Source: Candidatus Aenigmarchaeota archaeon LH_S7 (GTDB lineage: Archaea > Aenigmatarchaeota > Aenigmatarchaeia > QMZS01). From it: 52,575 bases of DNA. The stretch covers positions 1 through 52,575 of the forward strand of contig JAGXOL010000004.1 in the NCBI GenBank assembly GCA_023659895.1. The letters run 5' to 3'. Position 1 is the first letter of the stretch. Each line of letters begins with the position of its first letter. Below, piece after piece: positions 46,036-52,575 of the stretch. The notes below the pieces were generated by a model. That model was not told the origin of the DNA. It searched no databases and saw only the letters and a list, made by a program, of their open reading frames with translations. The translations under genes were made by a program, and so were the position numbers.

Positions 46036-47391
46036 TTAACCAATCTCAAAGAATTTTCTCACTGCTGGGTTCATATCCTCCAAATAGTAAGTGGAAATTC
46101 TCTCATAGAAATTGTGCAATATCATTACAGTTAACAAAATTCCAGTACCAGTTCCTAAAGCACCAGTTAAATCAGCTAAAGCAGCAAGCAAACCAACAGC
46201 TATACCCCCTATTATGGTTAAAGGGTAAATATACTTGCTCAGTATTTTCATTAGAACTCTCTTGTCTTTCCTAAACCCTGGTATTTGCATTCCTGTAGAA
46301 GTAATCTGGTCTGCGACAGCATCAGGACCCATATTAGCAGTTTCAACCCAGAACAGAGCAAAAATTACACACAAGGCAGATAAGAATAATGTATAAGTAA
46401 CCAATCTTATAGGATCAACAGGAGTTAATCCAAGCATTATATCTTGTAAAGCCCCTCCCTGACCATGACGAGGAATTGAGAGATAGTAAGCAATACCATT
46501 TTCTGCATTACCTTGGTCATCAAATTCTCCTAAAAAAGGTATTCCTTGAGAATCAAGCATTGAACCCATCATAGAAATTTGAATTGTAAAAGCTGCTGCC
46601 AAAATCACAGGAATATTTGATGTGTAAAAGAAATTAAGAGGCCATCTCCTCCCAAAACCTCTTATTTGAGAGAAAGCTAAAGGAATCTCAACTTTTATTG
46701 ACTGCGCGTAAAGACATAAAGCAAACACTAGAACAGTGGCACCTATTATACTTAGAGGGAATATAACAGAACCTGGCTGTCCTGCAGCGAAAAACTGGAA
46801 TATTTGTGGAATCATACCTGCAGCTGTTTCACCAAATGGTGAAATAAGACCAATAAAAACAGCCTTGGAAACTCCTGCAGCAATGAAAAGAGAAACACCA
46901 CTACCCAAGCCCCATTTCATTATTAGCTCATCAAGGAAAACAATAATCAAACCACCTAATGCAATTTGTAAGGCAACAATTGGTATTAAAGAAGTAGATT
47001 GAGCAGGAACAGCACCAAACATTACATAAGCAAAACCTTCTAAGAAACAGAAAGCCATCGCAAGTGTTTTCTGCGTACCTTGGAACTTAGCTCTTCCCTC
47101 TTGGGAATTCATATCAATATTAATGATTTTTGAACCCACAAGAACCTGTAATAAAATGGATGATGTAACTATAGGGCCAATACCCAAAGTCCCTAAAGTA
47201 CCAAAAGTGGAACCAAGCAAAACAGAGACTTGCTGAAATTGTGCATAAGCACTTTCAGTAGCACCGAAAACTTCAATACTACCCATCAAGAAAAAAAGTA
47301 ATAAACCTACTGCTGTCCATTTAACTCTGGATTTAAAATTCAATCTGGTTACTGGATTAACAACACCAGGTAGTTTATTTAATATAGGCAT
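46036..47391 (-). CDS. secY: Preprotein translocase subunit SecY (archaeal)
   Basis: LGIGPIVTSSILLQVL, LDELIMKWGLGSGVSLFI, NFFYTSNIPVIL, IPGFR, GTGILLTV. Confidence 0.97.
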   Translation of the reverse strand: MPILNKLPGVVNPVTRLNFKSRVKWTAVGLLLFFLMGSIEVFGATESAYAQFQQVSVLLGSTFGTLGTLGIGPIVTSSILLQVLVGSKIINIDMNSQEGRAKFQGTQKTLAMAFCFLEGFAYVMFGAVPAQSTSLIPIVALQIALGGLIIVFLDELIMKWGLGSGVSLFIAAGVSKAVFIGLISPFGETAAGMIPQIFQFFAAGQPGSVIFPLSIIGATVLVFALCLYAQSIKVEIPLAFSQIRGFGRRWPLNFFYTSNIPVILAAAFTIQISMMGSMLDSQGIPFLGEFDDQGNAENGIAYYLSIPRHGQGGALQDIMLGLTPVDPIRLVTYTLFLSALCVIFALFWVETANMGPDAVADQITSTGMQIPGFRKDKRVLMKILSKYIYPLTIIGGIAVGLLAALADLTGALGTGTGILLTVMILHNFYERISTYYLEDMNPAVRKFFEIG

Positions 47392-47424
47392 AAGTTACTT
47401 GATAAATTTTTATTTTAGTAATAC

Positions 47425-47895
47425 TTAATAAAATACATCAAAAATGTTGATTCCACTCAAAACAACCACACTTACTATTGTACCTGCAATCAAAACACCT
47501 ATTATGTTTGCCTTAGAAAATTTCTTTCTCGGAAATCCTAGCAAGAATGCAGCCAAAGCTCCTGTATATACTCCTGAGCCAGGCAAAGGGATTCCAATAA
47601 ATATTGTCAGACCTAAAGCACCATATTTTTTCACATATTTTTCCGCTTTCTTTTGAGTTTTCTCCACATATTTTTGATAGATTCTATCCAAAAACTTAAT
47701 CCTCAAAACGATTTCAAGAACTGTGTTCAAAAGCTCAAACACAATCTCCCCCAAAATTATATTCAAGATCATTATTGCAGGTATTATTAACAAACCTAAA
47801 TTCGCGATTAACAAAGCATAAGGTATTGAGGCCCTCAACTCTAAACCAGGAAAAAAGGTTAAGCCTATTATATAGACAAAATGCATAACCTCCAT
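47425..47895 (-). CDS. Small multidrug-export-like membrane protein (COG2426)
   Basis: PGLELRASIP, YGALGLTIFIGIPLPGSGVYTGALAA. Confidence 0.9.
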   Translation of the reverse strand: MEVMHFVYIIGLTFFPGLELRASIPYALLIANLGLLIIPAIMILNIILGEIVFELLNTVLEIVLRIKFLDRIYQKYVEKTQKKAEKYVKKYGALGLTIFIGIPLPGSGVYTGALAAFLLGFPRKKFSKANIIGVLIAGTIVSVVVLSGINIFDVFY

Positions 47896-48005
47896 TGTGA
47901 ACCACCCCTTAACTTATTTAGGGACTTCCTGCTTCTCCGAAAGGCTGACTTCAGTTGAGAAGTGAACTCCTCTCTCCACAGGCTTAACTTCCGACAGTCC
48001 CTGCC
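47877..48005 (-). ncRNA. Predicted omega-RNA of the second tnpB; guide aatggaggttatgcattttg
   Basis: Position over the tnpB 3' end and right end, by analogy with characterised TnpB loci. Confidence 0.55.
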
Positions 48006-49098
48006 GTAGTGATTTATTCAGGATGTTAATTGAGGCGTTTAGGTCTCTATCCATCCTTAAGCCACAATGAGGACATCTATGTATTCTTGTAGTTAGAGTT
48101 TTTGGAACTTTATAACCACACTGACTACAGTCTATTGTTGTTCCTGCTGGTTCAACTTGCTCTACTAACCCACCAGATTCTTCCTCTTTGTAGGTTAGCA
48201 ATTCAGCAAATTTATTCCAGCAAGTATCAAGTATGTGTTTTGCTAAATAAGGATGACGAACCATTCCATTTATGTTTAAGTTCTCTATAGTAATATACTC
48301 ATACTGTTGAGCTAAGTGATAACTTAGTTTATGTAGGAAGTCTAATCTCTGATTCGTCAAGGTTTCATATCTTGTTGCTAGTCTAATTCTTTGTTTATCC
48401 TTATTTTTAGAACCTTTCTTCTTTTTACTTAATCTTCTGTGTTCTCTTTTAAGTTTTCTTTCTGTTTTCTTAAGAAATCTTGGATTTTCAATAACAGTTC
48501 CATCTGATAAAGTAGCAAAGTTCTCCAATCCTAAATCTATTCCAATTTTGTTCTCTGGGTATTTGTGTTTAACTGGTTTGCTTTCTATCTCACAACTAAA
48601 GGAAATAAACCATTTGTTACTTAGTGTTTTCTTAATTGTGAGGGTTTTAACCTCTCCTTTGATCTTTCTGTGTTGTTTAATCTTAATATTTCCTATTTTT
48701 GATAAGTGGAGTCTTCTATTTAACTCAAAACCTGACTGTGGATAAGTTATACTTTTATAGAACTTCTTGAATCTTGGATAACCTACTTTAATTTTCTTAC
48801 CCTTCTTCTTTTCTTTAACTCTCCTGAAAAAGTTTGAGAGTGCTTTGTCTATCCTGTTTGAAGCATTCTGTAGAACTTGAGAATGAACTTTATTTAATTG
48901 TTTTCTCTTTATTTTGCTGTGTTGTTTGATTATCATGTTTAAGTCATATCCTGTCAGGTTTTCTCCTGTTTGCTCATAAGTTTCTTTCTTAATTTCTAAC
49001 AAATCATTATATAGATCCTTACAGACATCCAGAGTTTTGTTTAATCTTTCTTCTTGTGTTTTGTTTGGGTATATTCTGAACTTAAAGGCTTTCTTCAT
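47897..49098 (-). mobile_element. Second IS200/IS605-family solo-tnpB element; right end ...GGTGGTTCAC at 47897, left end not recognised
   Basis: Minus strand 3' region AGGCAGGGACTGTCGGAAGTTAAGCCTGTGGAG...GAAGCAGGAAGTCCC...GTTCAC is typical of tnpB omega-RNA/right ends. Confidence 0.8.
47914..49098 (-). CDS. tnpB: RNA-guided nuclease TnpB, canonical D-E-D
   Basis: KAFKFRIYPN HTH, GYPRFK, RuvC-I IGIDLG, RuvC-II ITIENL, Zn finger CSQC...CPHC, RuvC-III DRDLNASINI. Confidence 0.94.
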   Translation of the reverse strand: MKKAFKFRIYPNKTQEERLNKTLDVCKDLYNDLLEIKKETYEQTGENLTGYDLNMIIKQHSKIKRKQLNKVHSQVLQNASNRIDKALSNFFRRVKEKKKGKKIKVGYPRFKKFYKSITYPQSGFELNRRLHLSKIGNIKIKQHRKIKGEVKTLTIKKTLSNKWFISFSCEIESKPVKHKYPENKIGIDLGLENFATLSDGTVIENPRFLKKTERKLKREHRRLSKKKKGSKNKDKQRIRLATRYETLTNQRLDFLHKLSYHLAQQYEYITIENLNINGMVRHPYLAKHILDTCWNKFAELLTYKEEESGGLVEQVEPAGTTIDCSQCGYKVPKTLTTRIHRCPHCGLRMDRDLNASINILNKSLRQGLSEVKPVERGVHFSTEVSLSEKQEVPK

Positions 49099-49185
49099 TA
49101 TTATATATATTAAGAAGTATTTAGAGGTAATTGAGCCATCTTGGTTTTCTTGTTTCTGATTAGGGTATAAAATTTCATTATATTT

Positions 49186-50343
49186 ATGGAATTAAACATA
49201 GGAATTGTGGGACACGTGGACCACGGAAAAACAAGTTTAGTTGAAGCTTTAACTGGTGAATGGGTGGATACTTTCTCAGAGGAAAAAAAGAGAGGAATTA
49301 CAATTCGTTTAGGGTATGCAGATTTCTCCCTTTACAGATGCACAAAATGTAATAAATTAAACATTAACAAGAAGTGTATCTATTGCTTTTCTGATTGCAA
49401 ACATGAAAGAACATTTTCTTTGGTTGATGCTCCAGGTCACGAAAGTTTAATCCCTGTTGTCTTAACTGGAGCTTCTTTGTTCAATTCAGCAATTTTAGTT
49501 ATAGCTGCAAATGAAAAATGTCCTCAGCCACAAACAATAGAACACTTGAGAGCTTTGGAAATTGGCAAGATTGAAAATATTATTATTGTCCAAAACAAGA
49601 TTGATTTGGTTTCTGAGGAAGAAGCAAAAAAGAATTATGAGCAGATAAAAAATTATCTTAAGGGAACTATTGCAGAAAACGCACCTATTATACCTATGTC
49701 TTCCCAACAAAAAGTTGGATTGGAATATTTACTTGAGGAATTATCAAAACTCAAAACACCAGAATATCCAAAAGGAGATTTCTTGTTTTTGGTTGCCCGT
49801 TCTTTTGATGTTAACAAGCCAGGAATCTCTGTTGAGAACTTATCAGGAGCTACTATTGGAGGTAGTGTGATAAGAGGAGCCTTAAAAGTTGGTGAGGAGA
49901 TTACAATAAAACCAATCAAGAAAGGTGATGATTTTATTGAGATGAAAACAAAAATAAAGGAGATAAGGAGAGGAGAGGAAAAGGTGGAAGAAGCAACTTG
50001 CGGAGGACTAGTCTCATTACAAACCTCTTTAGACCCTGGTTTAGGTAAATCTGATAAACTAGCAGGTTGCATAGCTGGAAAAGGAAAAATGCCTGAAAAA
50101 ATTTATACCTTTGAAGCAGATTACAATTTGTTTAAAGAATATAATTTGAACACTGGAGATACTTTGTTAATAACTTGCAGGAATACAAGAAGCGCTGGAA
50201 GAATAATTTCAATCAACAAGGAAAAACTTAAAGTAGAATTAAAAACACCTATTTCAGTGGAAGAAGGCTCAAAAATCATTTATTCAAAGCTTATAGAAGG
50301 AAAGTGGAGATTAGTGGGTTGGGGAGAAATAAAGAATTATTAA
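49186..50343 (+). CDS. eif2g: Translation initiation factor aIF2 gamma subunit
   Basis: GHVDHGKTS, EEKKRGITIRLGYA, Zn knuckle, DAPGH, QNKID, RSFDVNKPG, WRLVGWG. Confidence 0.96.
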   Translation: MELNIGIVGHVDHGKTSLVEALTGEWVDTFSEEKKRGITIRLGYADFSLYRCTKCNKLNINKKCIYCFSDCKHERTFSLVDAPGHESLIPVVLTGASLFNSAILVIAANEKCPQPQTIEHLRALEIGKIENIIIVQNKIDLVSEEEAKKNYEQIKNYLKGTIAENAPIIPMSSQQKVGLEYLLEELSKLKTPEYPKGDFLFLVARSFDVNKPGISVENLSGATIGGSVIRGALKVGEEITIKPIKKGDDFIEMKTKIKEIRRGEEKVEEATCGGLVSLQTSLDPGLGKSDKLAGCIAGKGKMPEKIYTFEADYNLFKEYNLNTGDTLLITCRNTRSAGRIISINKEKLKVELKTPISVEEGSKIIYSKLIEGKWRLVGWGEIKNY

Positions 50344-50412
50344 TTCTTTCTATTAGCCCAAGAATTCTAAAAACCAGCTGTTGCTACTATTAATTTTTTT
50401 TGTGTTTATTTT

Positions 50413-51255
50413 ATGAGAATATCATCACCAAATTTAGTGAAAAATTTGGTAAGTAAAGGAACAAGACTGGAAGGAAGAGATTTTCTAGAGTATAGAAATA
50501 TTAAGGTAGAATTAAACCCTGTGGACAAAGCTGAGGGAAGCTGTTATGTTGAAATGGGAGACACAAAAGTGATTGTAGGAGTAAAATTTGGTGTTATGGA
50601 ACCTTACCCAGATACACCTAATGAAGGGGGTTTAGTAGTTTCATTAAATTATGTTCCTATAGTTTTTCAGGATTTAGAGAAGAATATTGACATAGAGTTT
50701 TCTAGAGTAATTGACAGGAGCATTAGGGAAAGCAACATGTTAAACATGGAGGATTTTTGTGTTACGAAAGGGGAAAAAGCAATCCAGGTTTTCATTGATG
50801 GTTATGTATTGAACTATGATGGAAACTTAGTGGATGCCTTGAATTTAGCTGCAGTAAAAGCTCTTAAAAACACAAAGATGCCAAAAATTGAGAAGGGGGA
50901 AATTGTTTTAACAGACCAAAACATAAAATTGAATCATTTACCTATCATGGTAACAATTTCCAGTATAGAAGGAAATTATATGGTTGACCTGAACAAGACA
51001 GAGGAAAAAGCAATTGATTATTCATTTATTGTATCCTTTTTGAATGAGAATGAAACTTGCGCAATGCAGAAGATGGGGACAGGAGGAATAAAATCTAGTG
51101 AACTAAAAAAGTTGATGGAAATAGGTAAAGAAAAACAAAAAGAATTGAGAAAATTTTTATTTAATTCACAGTTTAAAAAGCAAATAACTTCACAAAGCAA
51201 CAGGACTTTCCCCACCATGCCAGCTTTGCCTAGGCCTAATTTGAGTTTTATATAA
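50413..51255 (+). CDS. rrp42: Exosome complex subunit Rrp42
   Basis: GTRLEGRDFLEYR, KAEGSCYVEMGDTKVIVGVK, PYPDTPNEG, SRVIDRSIRES, DGNLVDA. Confidence 0.93.
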   Translation: MRISSPNLVKNLVSKGTRLEGRDFLEYRNIKVELNPVDKAEGSCYVEMGDTKVIVGVKFGVMEPYPDTPNEGGLVVSLNYVPIVFQDLEKNIDIEFSRVIDRSIRESNMLNMEDFCVTKGEKAIQVFIDGYVLNYDGNLVDALNLAAVKALKNTKMPKIEKGEIVLTDQNIKLNHLPIMVTISSIEGNYMVDLNKTEEKAIDYSFIVSFLNENETCAMQKMGTGGIKSSELKKLMEIGKEKQKELRKFLFNSQFKKQITSQSNRTFPTMPALPRPNLSFI

Positions 51256-52443
51256 TCTTTCTGAGTTGTCATCCAAAACTATTGCAGTACCCTTTAGCTT
51301 AGGAAGTTCATCTAAATATTTTGAGATATCATAGAGCATATATGTTTGCATTATGGCTTTCAATGAGTTAATATCCCTTTGAGAGGTTAAACGATGCGCA
51401 ATAATCAAATCAGTTTGGGAAATAACATCACTATGCAACTTATCTGGCATTTGAGTTATGAAAACTTGAGATATACCTGGCTGACGACCTTGCCTAATAA
51501 CAGTTAAAGTTATATCTGTGGCAGCAGTTGATCCCTTAGCAGGAACAAAATTATGTGCTTCATCTGTAACAATCCAGCAAAGAGGTATTTTTCTTTTTTT
51601 ATTTAGATCCTCAATAGTTGCTATTTCTTCTTCTTTCCTTGCCAGAATCCTTGCCTCGTAAATTTTTTTCATTATCAATCCAATAATCAAACTTCTGACA
51701 CTCCAACCAGCACCTCCACTAAACAAGCTAACATCAAAAATCACTAATTTTCCAGGCTTAAGGAATTCATAAATGTCTGTTCCCTTTTCAGAAAAAATCC
51801 CCCATTTTTTAGCATTTAATAGCATGTTTTCAACTTTCAATTTAATTTTTTCATCAAAATCCTGCTCATTAATTTTCTTTGCAATACCATCAATTGAATA
51901 ATTACCTTCCATCTTTTCCAAAGCTCTTGACAAAAGAATTCCTTCCAATTCATTTTGCTCAAAACCCAAAGCATAACACCAATCAGTTATGTTGAGCTCA
52001 CTTGGCTTAAAAGAAAAGGTTTTATCGTAAGGAATATCCGCATTATCAAAATTCTCAGTCTGCCCTACAGGAATATATTCCTCTACACCAAAACCTTGAG
52101 GTTTTAAATCCCATTGATACAATAAATCTCTCTGTTTGTTGTTAGGATATTTCATAGTCCAGAAAACTCCTTGAGTGTCTATAGTTACAACACAAAGGTT
52201 GTTTCTTATATTTTCCGGTAACTTGCAAATTTCTTCAGCAATTACCATTCCTGTGTAAGATTTTCCTGAACCTCTTTTACCCACAATAGTTACGATGTGA
52301 GGTCTTAAAACATCCATTTTTATAGGGGTTGTTGTGTGAGTTTCAGTTCCTGTACCAACAATATTTTTTCCAATATCAAGTAATCCTTTGCTTTTGAATT
52401 CCTGCATATCTTTCCAGTCTCTCCCAGCAATAATCTCTGGCAT
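51190..52443 (-). CDS. HerA/FtsK-superfamily (DUF87) ATPase
   Basis: Walker A GKRGSGKSYT, IDTQG, Walker B VTDEAHN, RQGRQPGIS, TQMP; start 52443 preferred because the track extension runs into the terminal tandem repeat. Confidence 0.88.
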   Translation of the reverse strand: MPEIIAGRDWKDMQEFKSKGLLDIGKNIVGTGTETHTTTPIKMDVLRPHIVTIVGKRGSGKSYTGMVIAEEICKLPENIRNNLCVVTIDTQGVFWTMKYPNNKQRDLLYQWDLKPQGFGVEEYIPVGQTENFDNADIPYDKTFSFKPSELNITDWCYALGFEQNELEGILLSRALEKMEGNYSIDGIAKKINEQDFDEKIKLKVENMLLNAKKWGIFSEKGTDIYEFLKPGKLVIFDVSLFSGGAGWSVRSLIIGLIMKKIYEARILARKEEEIATIEDLNKKRKIPLCWIVTDEAHNFVPAKGSTAATDITLTVIRQGRQPGISQVFITQMPDKLHSDVISQTDLIIAHRLTSQRDINSLKAIMQTYMLYDISKYLDELPKLKGTAIVLDDNSERLYKTQIRPRQSWHGGESPVAL

Positions 52444-52475
52444 AATAGAATCTTTTTCTTTAGAAAAGAAAAAGC

Positions 52476-52575
52476 TTCTAGCCAAAAAGAAAAATAATCT
52501 TATCCAAGCATAAGACACTTTCTAGCCAAAAAGAAAAATAATCTTATCCAAGCATAAGACACTTTCTAGCCAAAC
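52476..52575 (+). repeat. Exact 44-bp tandem repeat (2 full copies + partial) at the window end
   Basis: ttctagccaaaaagaaaaataatcttatccaagcataagacact at 52476-52519 and 52520-52563, third copy starting 52564. Confidence 0.95.

Noticed and set aside
52476-52575. CRISPR array
   Set aside because: Identical contiguous units with no spacers. The solo Cas4-like gene has no cas1/cas2 or array nearby.

Overview
AT-rich archaeal chromosomal window. aIF2-gamma, Rrp42, PolB, AglB, eS26, eS28, eL24, archaeal SecY and tRNA-Thr are all present; the scattered ribosomal/exosome genes and compact intergenic spaces suggest a DPANN (Aenigmarchaeota-like) organism, which is inference. The left end holds a 5'-truncated >3300-aa mosaic surface protein and a paralogous membrane partner. 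At 12.2-19.0 kb is a ~6.7-kb defence island bounded by ~95-110-bp imperfect direct repeats. It carries one tightly packed operon, radC/JAB - type III mod - cdnE (CD-NTase) - cap15 - type III res, so a complete two-gene CBASS sits inside a type III R-M system. This is the strongest candidate for an undescribed arrangement. There are four IS200/IS605-family loci and no tnpA: an intact tnpB with a rearranged RuvC-II site, a canonical tnpB, a 321-bp tnpB-less element that disrupted an inositol monophosphatase gene, and a decayed tnpB that keeps a covarying omega-RNA scaffold and right end. Other notable items are a two-gene split aglB with intact motifs, a 1334-aa Cys-rich kelch protein with a class III-like signal, a lone attC-like palindrome, a pervasive TT-ATG start context and several frameshifted small genes. 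No CRISPR array, rRNA or integrase was seen. All family assignments are from motif recognition and memory, not database searches.
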